This document shows, one piece after another, positions 26,862 to 36,176 of a DNA stretch of 64,000 nucleotides. The notes beneath the pieces are model-generated. The model was given only the letters and a program-made list of their open reading frames with translations. It did not search any database and was not told where the DNA came from. This DNA is from an uncultured Acidobacteriia bacterium (GTDB taxonomy: Bacteria > Acidobacteriota > Terriglobia > Bryobacterales > Bryobacteraceae): NCBI GenBank assembly GCA_903907865.1, contig CAIVPR010000071.1, forward strand, positions 13,410-77,409, in the 5' to 3' direction. Every line of letters begins with the position of its first letter. The first letter of the stretch is position 1. Made by a program: the position numbers and the translations under genes.

Positions 26862-28823
26862 CTACCGGTTCAGCAGCTTCGAAATCGCCTCGACGTCATA
26901 CACGCAGCCGCCCCAGGTACCACCACTGGCGTTCTGCAGGACCGCCCAGAGCTTGGAATCGTCGGGCAGGCCGGGGTCGGACGCGAGGTCGGGCCGGGGG
27001 CCGCGTTCGGCCAATAACCGGTCGCCCGCAGCCACGGACAGTTCGCCGTCGGCGTCGGGAGCCAGCAGGTTGATGGTGCCGTGGAGGTTATTGCGGTCGA
27101 CGGTGATCTCGATGGTGTCGCCTTCCAAAACCTTACCGATGGGACCGCCGCCAAGCGCCTCGGGCGTCACGTGGCCGATGCAGGCACCAGTGGAAACGCC
27201 GCTGAAGCGCGCATCCGTCACCACCGCCACGTGCTTGCCGAACGAAAGGTGCTTCAGCGCCGAGGTGATCTGGTAGATCTCCTCCATGCCGGAACCCAGC
27301 GGACCGCGGCAGATCAGAATAATGACGTCGCCTTCCTTGATCCGGTCCGGTCCGTGGCTCTTGATGGCCTGGATGACTGCGCCTTCCGTCTGATAGACGC
27401 GGGCCGGTCCGCGCTTGCGGTAGACGCCGTCCACGCCCACCACGCTGGCGTCGATGGCGGTGCTCTTGATGACCGAGCCGCCGGGCGCGAGGTTGCCGAC
27501 CGGGAAAGTGACCGTGGAGGTCAGGCCGTTGGCACGGGCCGCCTGGGGGGACATGATGACGTCGTCGGGATCGACGCCGTCCTTTTCTTTCAACACCTTG
27601 CGGATGGCGTGGCGACGTTCGGAATCCTCCCACCAGTCGAGCATGGTGCCGAGGGTTTCGCCCGAGACCGTCATGGCGGAGGTGTCGAGGAGTCCGGCGC
27701 GGCGCAGGTGCAGCATGACTTCCGGCACGCCGCCGGCCATGAAGACCTGGACGGTGGGGAAGTACTTCGGCCCGTTGGGCAGGGCGTCGACCAGCCGCGG
27801 GATTTCGCGGTTGATACGGGTCCAGTCGTCTACGGTGGGTCGGCGCAGGCCCGCCGCGTGGGCGATGGCGGGGATGTGGAGGATGAGGTTCGTCGACCCC
27901 CCGAAGGCCGCGTGCACCACCATGGCGTTGGCGAGCGAGGCGTCGGTCAGGATCTTGCCCATCGTGAGGCCCATGGATTCCATGCGCAGGACCGCGCGGG
28001 CGGAGCGGCGGGCCATGTCGAGCCAAACCGGTTGGCCGGAAGGCGCGAGGCCCGAGTGGGTCAAGGACATGCCGAGGGCTTCGCCCACGACCTGCGAAGT
28101 GCCTGCCGTGCCGAGGAATTGGCAACCGCCGCCGGGGCTGGCGCAGGCGCGGCAGAGATTCTCCGCCGCCGCTTCCAGCGTAATTTCGTTATGGGCAAAG
28201 CGCGCGCCGACGGACTGGACGCGTCCGGCGTCCTCACCCTGCTCGGCCAGCAGCGTGGTGCCGCCGGGGACGAGGATGCAGGGCATGTCGCCGGACCCCG
28301 CGAGGGCCATCATCATGGCGGGCAGGCCCTTGTCGCAGGTGGCGACGCCGATCACGCCGCGGCGGGTGGGGAGGGACCGGATCTGGCGGCGGAAGACGAT
28401 TGCGGCGTCGTTGCGGTACGGCAGGCTGTCGTACATGCCGGGAGTGCCCTGGGTGCGGCCGTCGCAGGGGTCGGTGCAGTAGGCGGCGAAGGGGACGGCG
28501 TTGAGGGAGGAGAGTTCCTCGGCGGCGGCCTGCATCAGGAGGCCGACTTCCCAGTGGCCGGTGTGGTAGCCGAGGGCGATGGGCGTGCCGTCCTCCTTGC
28601 GGATGCCGCCGTGGGTGCTGAGGATCAGGATCTCCTTGCCGCCGAGCTTGGCGGGGTTCCAGCCCATGCCCGCGTTCTGTGCCCAGCCGAAGAGGTCGCC
28701 GGAGGGGCGGTTGAGCAGCATGTCAACCGTGATGGGGACGCTGCCCTGGGGACCGGGGGCTTTGGAGCGGATGTCGAAGACGGAGGGGTCCGAACCGGTG
28801 ATCTGGTCGAGTGAGATTGCCAT
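26862..28823 (-). CDS. IlvD/Edd-family sugar-acid dehydratase, YjhG/YagF (D-xylonate dehydratase)-like
   Basis: 653 aa. [12 protein letters not shown] (Fe-S Cys motif) and [13 protein letters not shown] (family signature 2). The length and the N-terminus ([12 protein letters not shown]...) resemble the ~655-aa YjhG/YagF clade rather than IlvD proper. Confidence 0.85.
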   Translation of the reverse strand: MAISLDQITGSDPSVFDIRSKAPGPQGSVPITVDMLLNRPSGDLFGWAQNAGMGWNPAKLGGKEILILSTHGGIRKEDGTPIALGYHTGHWEVGLLMQAAAEELSSLNAVPFAAYCTDPCDGRTQGTPGMYDSLPYRNDAAIVFRRQIRSLPTRRGVIGVATCDKGLPAMMMALAGSGDMPCILVPGGTTLLAEQGEDAGRVQSVGARFAHNEITLEAAAENLCRACASPGGGCQFLGTAGTSQVVGEALGMSLTHSGLAPSGQPVWLDMARRSARAVLRMESMGLTMGKILTDASLANAMVVHAAFGGSTNLILHIPAIAHAAGLRRPTVDDWTRINREIPRLVDALPNGPKYFPTVQVFMAGGVPEVMLHLRRAGLLDTSAMTVSGETLGTMLDWWEDSERRHAIRKVLKEKDGVDPDDVIMSPQAARANGLTSTVTFPVGNLAPGGSVIKSTAIDASVVGVDGVYRKRGPARVYQTEGAVIQAIKSHGPDRIKEGDVIILICRGPLGSGMEEIYQITSALKHLSFGKHVAVVTDARFSGVSTGACIGHVTPEALGGGPIGKVLEGDTIEITVDRNNLHGTINLLAPDADGELSVAAGDRLLAERGPRPDLASDPGLPDDSKLWAVLQNASGGTWGGCVYDVEAISKLLNR

Positions 28824-28858
28824 GAACCCGCTATTGTCTCACTGCCGCGTGGCATAAT

Positions 28859-29290
28859 TTGGTTGAGGACACTTCCGTGCTGGCCGGACCCGATATTTGC
28901 GAGATGATCGGAACAGTTCCGCAGTCCGACTTCGCGGTGGCCGAGGCGGTCGAGCGGGGCTTGTCTACGGACAGCTTGCTGTTGCTTCAGGAAAAGGGAC
29001 TCACTCCCGCCGAGATTTCGGAGATCGTGATTTCGCCGAGGCTGCTAAAGTCGCGCCGGGGGCGGGGTGAGGCGCTTTCGAATGTTGAGACGGATCGGGT
29101 TGTGCGGCTGGCTCGTGTTTTGGCCCTCGCCAACCAGGTCTTTGCCAATCGGGAGAAGGCCTTAAGGTGGCTGCGGCTTCCGTCGGGTCGGCTGAGTGGG
29201 CGGACGCCGATGAGCATGCTCATGACGGAGACGGGTGCCCGTTTGGTCGAGAGCTTTTTGCAGCAGATCGACGAAGGCATGTTCGTCTGA
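28859..29290 (+). CDS. Xre/MbcA/ParS-like antitoxin (DUF2384 toxin-binding domain)
   Basis: C-terminal ETDRVVRLARVLALANQVFANREKALRWLRLPSGRLSGRTPMSMLMTETGARLVESFLQQI is the DUF2384 pattern. TTG start at 28859; ATG 28904 is an alternative. Confidence 0.8.
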   Translation: MVEDTSVLAGPDICEMIGTVPQSDFAVAEAVERGLSTDSLLLLQEKGLTPAEISEIVISPRLLKSRRGRGEALSNVETDRVVRLARVLALANQVFANREKALRWLRLPSGRLSGRTPMSMLMTETGARLVESFLQQIDEGMFV

Positions 29291-29627
29291 CAACATACCT
29301 TGGCACAATGTGGGTCAATGTGGCCGGTTAGCTGGAGGCGCGGGGCAATGCCTGAGCGCCTACATGTAGACTCTACAGCAAGGCGCGTGACCAAAATATA
29401 GACGCCGAAGCTCGATGTCGATACGTGGCTATCGTTCAAAAACGAAGCGCCTGAGGTCGGAAAGCCAATCAACAACGTAATTCACTCAACCACCGTTCCA
29501 TGGCTTTGTCCCTCCTGAGGAAAACCTGAGGATCGCCGTGCAAAAGCAGTGAGAGCTCGGGTTGTACTCTCAACACGGTGCGGGTGCGCGTTGCGAGAAA
29601 ACCCCAAAGTTTTGCACAATTAAAAGC

Positions 29628-30091
29628 ATGACCACCGTCTGGCGAATCAGTAACCACGCCAACCTTATCGGCTTGGGCGGGGAACTGGGCGACGCCCGGT
29701 GGCACACGGCGGCTATTGGCAAGCGGATTGTCTATCTCGCCGAGCACCCGCGGTCGCCTTGCTGGAGTTCTTGGTTCATGTCACGGAGCCATCGCTCCTG
29801 CCCGATTCTATTCAACTACTGAAGATAGCCGTTCCGCCCCAAGTCTCGGTTGAGATCCTGGACAGCCGCCAGTTGTCCGAAGCTTGGCGCGAGAATCAAC
29901 GTGAGACGCAGCGTCTCGGCGACCAGTGGCTCGCCTCCCAGCGGACGGCCCTGCTCGGAGTTCCCTCGGCACCCTCGCCGAAGTCAACCAACTACCTCCT
30001 GAATCCCTTGCACCCCGATGCTGCGATGTTGGAGATCGCGGAGTGCGAACGGATTCAGATGGACCTCCGGCTCAACCTCTCGCGCAACTGA
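29628..30091 (+). pseudogene. RES-domain toxin gene interrupted by a 1-nt frameshift
   Basis: MTTVWRISN...GDARWHTAAIGKRIVYLAEHP (frame of 29562..29822) continues as AVALLEFLVH...LLGVPSAPSP... (frame of 29699..30091). R, E and S signature residues are all present. The junction at ~29748-29752 reads CACCCGCGGTC where CAC CCG GCG GTC would restore HPAV. Confidence 0.75.
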
Positions 30092-30549
30092 GAGGCAGTC
30101 TGTCTCTCCCGCAAAGCCGCCGTAGCCGCCCGGTGGCACTTCAAACACAGTGTCCGCATGTTCGAAAGGTCGCACTGCCCCCCGCCCTCCACCACAGGCA
30201 CAACATGGTCGGCATCCCACAGCGATTTCCGGCTCCCGTCGCGCAAACCCCACTCCTTCAGGAATCTCCGCCGCGCGGCGAGGTCCAGCTTCCGCATGTC
30301 GCGCCGCAACGTAACCGTGTCGGCCCCGCACACCCCGCAGACGCCCTTGTCGCGCTCGAAGACCCGCTCCCGAAGGTAGCCGGGGTCCGACCGCAGCTTC
30401 CACTGATGCACGCACTCATCCGAGCAAAACGTCCGGCGGCGTGCCCCGACCTCATTGCCGCACCAACGGCAGAGCGGTCTCCCCGTCTCGCCGCGCGGCA
30501 ATTCGGACGGCGCCACCCACCCGCCGGCCAGGGTGCGCTTCAGGATCAC
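30055..30549 (-). CDS. HNH endonuclease with N-terminal zinc-ribbon
   Basis: CRWCGN...FCSDEC, then ERDKGVCGVCG...WDADHVVPVVEGG...NMRTLCLKCH (HNH core). The start overlaps the upstream YdjM-like stop by 4 nt. Confidence 0.8.
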   Translation of the reverse strand: MILKRTLAGGWVAPSELPRGETGRPLCRWCGNEVGARRRTFCSDECVHQWKLRSDPGYLRERVFERDKGVCGVCGADTVTLRRDMRKLDLAARRRFLKEWGLRDGSRKSLWDADHVVPVVEGGGQCDLSNMRTLCLKCHRAATAALRERQTASQLRERLSRRSI

Positions 30550-31538
30550 CTCGGCCTTGCGCCTCCCATGCCAAATTGCGTGTCCCGGACCCGGTTCTGC
30601 GCGTCCACCGTCGCCGTGGCCGCGAACCCGATTGCGCGCGGCGTACCGAAACGCAGATCCAGCAGGGTCACCTTCGTGGCGTTCTCAACCTCGCCCGACG
30701 GCACGGACATCCACAACGGGTACTGCACGAATTCGTCGAACTTGCGGAAGGGCAGCGAACCCTTGGCGGCGTAGAGCGCCGGGGTGCGCTCACCCTTATA
30801 GAAGGTCTCGGCCACGGACGGATGGAAGTTGCCGCGCAGGTCGACCGGCACCACGATGTAGGCGTTGTACATCTCCGCGACGCCCGTCCAGACGAGCGGA
30901 TTGCCCGACGGAAACGCCCCCGCACGGCGCGGGGTCAGGCCGTCCTCCCACGTGCGGCTGGCGACAGGTTCCACGGCGCGGTCGTGCAGTACGGAGCGGC
31001 CGTAGTCGTACGCGAACAAAAAGAGCAGAGCCGTGAAGGCCCACCCGGCCTTGCCGCTGTCGGGGTCCTTTTCGCCGATCTCCGACCCCACCAGCCGCAC
31101 CAGCACGGGCGCGGCCACGCCGATCAGCAGGATCGTCCAGATGGCGAGGTCGATCACCGGCGCGATATCCCAGTGGAACCAGCGACCGGAAAACGGCAGC
31201 AACAACCGCACGCCGTAGGTATTGGTCAGATCTAGCAGCAAGTGCGACCCCACCCCAACGAGCGCGATCAGCCACGCCTTCAGCCACGGCAGCTTCGTAC
31301 GGGTGGCGGCGGCCACCAAGCCTACCGACATGAGCGCCACCACCGGCCACCCTATCAGAGAATGGGTAATGTTGCGGTGCCATTCGATGTAGGTGACCGC
31401 GCCGCCGAGTCCCGACACGACATCGACATCCGGAGCATTGGCGGCCAGCACCATCAGGGCGGTTCCGTAGGGCGACGCGCGGCGGAAACCCGCGCGGGCC
31501 AGAAAAAGTCCGACTAACGAATGCGTCAGATTGTCCAA
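30546..31538 (-). CDS. membrane-bound metal-dependent hydrolase (YdjM/DUF457 family)
   Basis: MDNLTHSLVGLFLARAGF..., multiple TM helices, conserved His residues (HRNITHS, GSHLLLD). Confidence 0.75.
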   Translation of the reverse strand: MDNLTHSLVGLFLARAGFRRASPYGTALMVLAANAPDVDVVSGLGGAVTYIEWHRNITHSLIGWPVVALMSVGLVAAATRTKLPWLKAWLIALVGVGSHLLLDLTNTYGVRLLLPFSGRWFHWDIAPVIDLAIWTILLIGVAAPVLVRLVGSEIGEKDPDSGKAGWAFTALLFLFAYDYGRSVLHDRAVEPVASRTWEDGLTPRRAGAFPSGNPLVWTGVAEMYNAYIVVPVDLRGNFHPSVAETFYKGERTPALYAAKGSLPFRKFDEFVQYPLWMSVPSGEVENATKVTLLDLRFGTPRAIGFAATATVDAQNRVRDTQFGMGGARPR

Positions 31539-31555
31539 TCAATGAGGTTACCGCG

Positions 31556-32074
31556 ATGACGAACGGACTGCTCAAACAGGGCACTTTGATGCAAATCAGT
31601 CGATCCCCCGGCGGACTGCCCAAACGACCCATCGAAGGGCCCGTGATGCTGAACCGCGAGGGCGTCGAGGCCGACTGGCAGCGCAACCGCAAATACCATG
31701 GCGGACCCGACAAGGCTGTCCTCATGATCTCCGCCGAGGTGCTGGACGACCTCGCGGCCAAGGGCTTCACCGTCTACCCCGGCGCGCTCGGCGAAAACCT
31801 GACCGTGTCCGGTCTCGATCCCGCGAACTGGCGCTCCGGCCAGCGCTACGCGATCGGCGAGGACGCCGTCATCGAACTGACCACCCTCCGCACCCCGTGC
31901 GACAACCTGCTGCCCTACGGCAACGGGATCCACGCCGAGCTTTACGACGCCAAATGCAAGGCCCGCAACCCCGACACGCCTCGCTGGGCGCGGGGCGGAT
32001 TCTACGCGCGCGTGGTCCATCGGGGGCTCCTGGTTCCAGGCTCTCAGATTGTTTTACAGTCTGACCTTGCCTGA
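31556..32074 (+). CDS. MOSC domain-containing protein
   Basis: PKRPIEG...GVEADWQRNRKYHGGPDKAV...ALGENLTVSGLD...GQRYAIGEDAVIELTTLRTPC. Alternative start M12 at 31589. Confidence 0.8.
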   Translation: MTNGLLKQGTLMQISRSPGGLPKRPIEGPVMLNREGVEADWQRNRKYHGGPDKAVLMISAEVLDDLAAKGFTVYPGALGENLTVSGLDPANWRSGQRYAIGEDAVIELTTLRTPCDNLLPYGNGIHAELYDAKCKARNPDTPRWARGGFYARVVHRGLLVPGSQIVLQSDLA

Positions 32075-32112
32075 AGGTGATATACTCCAACGCAGGATTG
32101 AACCGTTTCAAC

Positions 32113-33840
32113 ATGAAAAAGTTATCCCTTATCTGCTTGTCCGGCACGCTTGCCTTGACTGCCGCGTGCGCGGTCATCTGGGCCGCCGACTGGCCTACCC
32201 AAAGCGGCAACCCCCAACGCGACGGCTGGGCGAAGACCGAAAAGGCCTTCACCAAGGCCAACGCCTCCAAGATTGAATTCCTCTACAAATACAAGACCGA
32301 CAACCAGGCGCATGGCCTCGACTCGCTGACGAGTCCCGTCATCCTGGAGCGGATCATCGGCTACCTCGGCTTCAAGGAACTGCTCGTGATGGGCGGCAGC
32401 GGCGACAACGTCTGGTCGGTGGATGCCGACCTCGGTCGCATCATGTGGAAGAACCACTTCGAATACAAGGCCGACAAGCCGCAGCAGACCACTTCGACCG
32501 TGGTTTGCGCGGGCGGCTTGTCCGCATTTGTGGCAATGCCCGGCAGCAGCACGGCCGGTGGTGGACGCGGACCCGGTCCGGGTCGCGCGGGTGCTGCGGG
32601 ACGTGGTCCGGGTGGCGCTGGCGCTGGTCGTGGTCCTGGCGCTCCGGGTGCACCCGGCGGCGGCCGCGCGATGGCCCCGGCAGGGCCTCCGATGGCTCCC
32701 CCGGCCCCCCCGCTCTTCGGCGCGGGCAACTTCGGGCGTGGTGCGAACTTCGCGGCCATCGCGTCGGATGGCTCGCTGCACGCCCTGAATTCCGCCAACG
32801 GCGTCGACCGCGTTCCCGGCATCAAGTTCCTGCCGCCGAACGCCAAGGTGTCGGCCATCAATATCAACGAGGGTGTGGTCTACGCGGCCACGCAGGACAA
32901 CTGCGGCGGCAACCCGAACGGCATCTATGCGATTGATCTCGCCACGGTCACCGGTCCGGCCACCGACACGAAGGTCTCCACGCTGGAACTCAACGGCGGC
33001 GGCACGGCGGGCAACGCCGGCGTTTCGGTCGGCACCGACGGCACCGTCTACGCGCAGATTCCCAACGGCAAGGGTGAGGTCGCCGGCGACTACAACGACA
33101 CCGTCATCTCCCTCTCAAAGGACCTCAAGGTGAAGGACTATTTCACCCCTTCGAGCGCTCCGGTTCCGGTCACCAAGGGCGTTCCCACGCCGGGTGTGAC
33201 GCCCGTCGTGTTCTCGTGGAAGGGCAGCGACGTGATCGTGTCCGCCGGACGCGACGGCAAGGTGTACCTGCTGGATTCCAAGTCGCTCGGCGGCGCGGAC
33301 CACCACACCCCGCTGTTTGCCACCGAGTCGGTGGTCGCGGCGGAGTCGAAGTTCGACGGCAGCGGCTTCCAGGGCGCGTTCGCAAGCTGGGAAGACGCCG
33401 ACAATGGCAACACGCGCTGGGTTTATGGCTCGTTCTGGGGGCCCAAGGGCGGCGTGATCGCGTTCAAGGTGGAAGACCGCGGCGGCAAGCCGGCCCTGGT
33501 GAAGGCTTGGTCCTCCCGCGATCTGCAATCCCCGGCGCCGGTCGCCACTGCGAATGGCTTGGTTTTTGCGCTGTCCTCGGGCGAGTCCTCGCGCTACGCG
33601 AAGGAAGACGGCAAGCTGCTGTCGGTCGCGGAAAAGGAAAAGGCGGCAGGCAAGGCCGTCCTCTACGTCCTCGACGGTGAGACCGGCAAGGAACTCTACA
33701 ACTCCGGCACCTTGGCGACGACGTTCTCGCACGGCTCGGGCGTCTCGGTCGCCAACCGCCGGATCTATTTCACGACCCACGACAACACGGTGTACAGTCT
33801 GGGCTTCCTCGCGGAACAACCGCAGCTGACGGGCAAGTAG
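32113..33840 (+). CDS. secreted PQQ-like/BamB-like beta-propeller repeat protein with Gly/Pro/Arg-rich insertion
   Basis: Start re-picked at MKKLSLICLSGTLALTAACA (signal peptide). Propeller-type repeats (VYAATQD, VYLLDSKS, LYVLDGETGKELYNSG, VYSLG). Low-complexity insert encoded at 32551-32745. Confidence 0.75.
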   Translation: MKKLSLICLSGTLALTAACAVIWAADWPTQSGNPQRDGWAKTEKAFTKANASKIEFLYKYKTDNQAHGLDSLTSPVILERIIGYLGFKELLVMGGSGDNVWSVDADLGRIMWKNHFEYKADKPQQTTSTVVCAGGLSAFVAMPGSSTAGGGRGPGPGRAGAAGRGPGGAGAGRGPGAPGAPGGGRAMAPAGPPMAPPAPPLFGAGNFGRGANFAAIASDGSLHALNSANGVDRVPGIKFLPPNAKVSAININEGVVYAATQDNCGGNPNGIYAIDLATVTGPATDTKVSTLELNGGGTAGNAGVSVGTDGTVYAQIPNGKGEVAGDYNDTVISLSKDLKVKDYFTPSSAPVPVTKGVPTPGVTPVVFSWKGSDVIVSAGRDGKVYLLDSKSLGGADHHTPLFATESVVAAESKFDGSGFQGAFASWEDADNGNTRWVYGSFWGPKGGVIAFKVEDRGGKPALVKAWSSRDLQSPAPVATANGLVFALSSGESSRYAKEDGKLLSVAEKEKAAGKAVLYVLDGETGKELYNSGTLATTFSHGSGVSVANRRIYFTTHDNTVYSLGFLAEQPQLTGK

Positions 33841-33858
33841 GAACCAAGGAGAATCGAC

Positions 33859-35418
33859 ATGCGAAAACTGACAATTGCCCTGGTGGCGGTGGCGTTCGTG
33901 GGCGGGGTCGCCTCCCGCGCCGCCGACTGGCTCATGGATGGCGGCGACACCAAGCGCACCGCCTGGCAGAAGGACGAGCACACGATCTCGACCGCCAACG
34001 CGAAGGATTTGAAGGTCCTCTGGAAGCTGCAGCTCGACAACCAGCCGCAGCAGATGCACTCGCTCTTCCCGCCGCTGATCATCAACAACCTGAAGACGTC
34101 GGCGGGCGAGAAGCAGATCGCCATCGTGCTCGGCATCTCGGACAACATGTACGGCATCGACGTGGTCAACGGGACGGTGGTCTGGAAGAAGCATTTCGAC
34201 TACCCGACACCCACGAACGTGCGTCCGAACAACGACGACCCGCTGTGCCCGGAAGGCGCCCTCGCCACCCCGTACATCGGGGCCCCGAACGCCAATGGCC
34301 AGCGCCCGGTCTACGTGATCGCCGGTGACGGCCAGTTGCACACCCTCAATGCCGCCGACGGCGAGGAGTTGGCCCAGCCCTACAAGTTCATCGGGCCGAA
34401 CTCGAAGGCCTTCGCGCTCAACATGTGGGACGGCGTCCTGTTCACCACCACCGCTCAAGGCTGCCACGGTAACCCCAACCAGATGTGGGCGGTCAAGATC
34501 GACGACCCCACGCACAAGGTAATGACGGCCTCCCCCCGCAGCGGCGGACTCTGGGGCCGGACCGGCGCGGCGATCGATTCCAACGGCGTGGCCTGGGCTC
34601 CGACCGGCGACGGTCGCTACGACAAGGAAAACCAGACGTACGGCAACGGGCTGATCGGCGGCAAAGTGTTCGGCGACGAGTTGAAGATTGCCGACTACTT
34701 CATTCCGTCCAACTGGTCCTGGCTGCAGAAGCGCGACCTCGATTTCCAAGTCACCCCCGCCATCTTCAGCTACAAGGGCAAGGAACTGATGGTGACGGCG
34801 AGCAAGGAATGCCGCGTGTACCTGATGGACCCGAAGAACCCCGGCGGCGACGACCACCAGACCCCGCTCGACCGCACGCCGCTCATCTGCAACGAAGAGG
34901 TGAATTTCGCCTCGGCCGGCATTTGGGGGTCGATGGCGAGCTGGGAAGATTCGAAGGGCACGCGTTGGGTGCTGACCCCGTTCTGGGGCCCGGTGCACCC
35001 GAAGTTCAAGGCCCCGATCATGAACGGTCCGGTCACCCACGGCGCGGTGGCGGCGTTCAAGGTTGAAGAGAAGAACGGCAAGTACTCGCTGGTTCCGGCG
35101 TGGGTTTCCCGCGACATGGACCAGGCCGAGCCGCCACTGATCGCCAACGGTGTCGTGTACTCGTTCGCGTCGGGTGAAAACACGACGCAGGCGTACCCGG
35201 ACGTCGGGTTGCGCGATTCGAGCAAGCTGCGCATCGCGGCGTCGAAGCACGCGACGTTCTACGCGTTCGACGGCCAGACGGGCAAGGAACTGTACAACAG
35301 CGGCGACCAGATCAAGTCCTGGGTACACTTCGGCGGTTTGTCGATGGCGAACGGACGGGTGTATCTGGGGACGTATGACAGTGTTTTGTATTGTTTTGGA
35401 TTGCCGGGCACTAAGTAG
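33859..35418 (+). CDS. secreted PQQ-like/BamB-like beta-propeller repeat protein (paralogue of 32113..33840)
   Basis: Signal peptide. MYGIDVVNGTVVWKK, LHTLNAADGEEL, VYLMDPKNPGGDDHQTPL, FYAFDGQTGKELYNSG, LYCFG; collinear with the upstream paralogue. Confidence 0.8.
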   Translation: MRKLTIALVAVAFVGGVASRAADWLMDGGDTKRTAWQKDEHTISTANAKDLKVLWKLQLDNQPQQMHSLFPPLIINNLKTSAGEKQIAIVLGISDNMYGIDVVNGTVVWKKHFDYPTPTNVRPNNDDPLCPEGALATPYIGAPNANGQRPVYVIAGDGQLHTLNAADGEELAQPYKFIGPNSKAFALNMWDGVLFTTTAQGCHGNPNQMWAVKIDDPTHKVMTASPRSGGLWGRTGAAIDSNGVAWAPTGDGRYDKENQTYGNGLIGGKVFGDELKIADYFIPSNWSWLQKRDLDFQVTPAIFSYKGKELMVTASKECRVYLMDPKNPGGDDHQTPLDRTPLICNEEVNFASAGIWGSMASWEDSKGTRWVLTPFWGPVHPKFKAPIMNGPVTHGAVAAFKVEEKNGKYSLVPAWVSRDMDQAEPPLIANGVVYSFASGENTTQAYPDVGLRDSSKLRIAASKHATFYAFDGQTGKELYNSGDQIKSWVHFGGLSMANGRVYLGTYDSVLYCFGLPGTK

Positions 35419-35443
35419 TTAGACACGGTTTTGGGATGTGAAG

Positions 35444-35479
35444 GCCGCCCTCCGTGGAGACACGGAGGGCGGCTTTTTG
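35444..35479 (+). terminator. rho-independent terminator
   Basis: GCCGCCCTCCGTG-GAGA-CACGGAGGGCGGC followed by TTTTT, 26 nt after the stop of 33859..35418. Confidence 0.8.
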
Positions 35480-35500
35480 TGCGTTGGGGTTACGCCTCCC

Positions 35501-35733
35501 TCAAAGTGGCACTGCCTCGGCGAGAACCCGGTCGCGCACCCTTGGTCGCATGGTGCGCTCGGTAACGACGTCGACTCTGGATGGCAGCAAGGATTCCAAG
35601 TCCGAGAGCAACCCCCGAGATCGAAGAGGGTCCGCCCCGGTTCCAGGTCGACGATGAAATCGATATCGCTCATGGAGTCGCTTTGGCCCCGAGCCACGGA
35701 GCCGAAAATGGCGGTGGTTTGTGTCGTGTTCAT
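35501..35733 (-). pseudogene. MNT-type minimal nucleotidyltransferase (antitoxin-like) remnant, N-terminally short and frameshifted
   Basis: [34 protein letters not shown] (frame of 35419..35733) continues in another frame as [36 protein letters not shown] (frame of 35501..35830). The junction lies at a G5 run (plus-strand C run 35612-35616). An in-frame stop 3 codons upstream of the ATG shows the usual ~25-aa N-terminus is missing. Confidence 0.65.
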
Positions 35734-35855
35734 ACGCCGTTCTTATTGTCGAGGGCGGCAAGAAATACGTGTTGGCCAGAAGAATCCTCAGAGAAAAATG
35801 CGTTAAGGCAGGGATCGGACCTGGGCACAAGATCCGGGCTGTCTACAATGGGAGC

Positions 35856-36176
35856 ATGCACGTGGATGAATCGATACTGTCCGAGGTTGTGCGGCGCGTG
35901 CTGACCGTGTCGCTTCCCGACCGCATCATCCTCTTCGGCTCCGCCGCGAGCGGACAAATGAACCGGGACAGCGATCTCGACTTGCTCGTGATCGAGCAAG
36001 CTCCCGAGAACACGCGCGACCGCAGTGTCCGTATTCGCCGGGCACTGGGCGACGTGAACTATCCGGTCGATGTAATTGTCATGGCGACGGATCGATTTGA
36101 GTCCACAAAAGGTGTGATTGGGGGCATCGCGTACCCCGCCAACAAATACGGACGCATCCTCTATGAAGCGGCCTGA
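35856..36176 (+). CDS. nucleotidyltransferase-domain protein (NTase partner of HEPN)
   Basis: Start re-picked at MHVDESILSEVVRR (ATG 35856). ILFGSAASGQMNRDSDLDLLVI is the GS...D.D minimal NTase motif. Confidence 0.8.
   Translation: MHVDESILSEVVRRVLTVSLPDRIILFGSAASGQMNRDSDLDLLVIEQAPENTRDRSVRIRRALGDVNYPVDVIVMATDRFESTKGVIGGIAYPANKYGRILYEAA

Noticed and set aside
29469-29747. Minus-strand 92-aa ORF in the Xre-RES spacer.
   Set aside because: It overlaps the RES N-terminus antisense and has no recognisable motif, so it is more likely non-coding.
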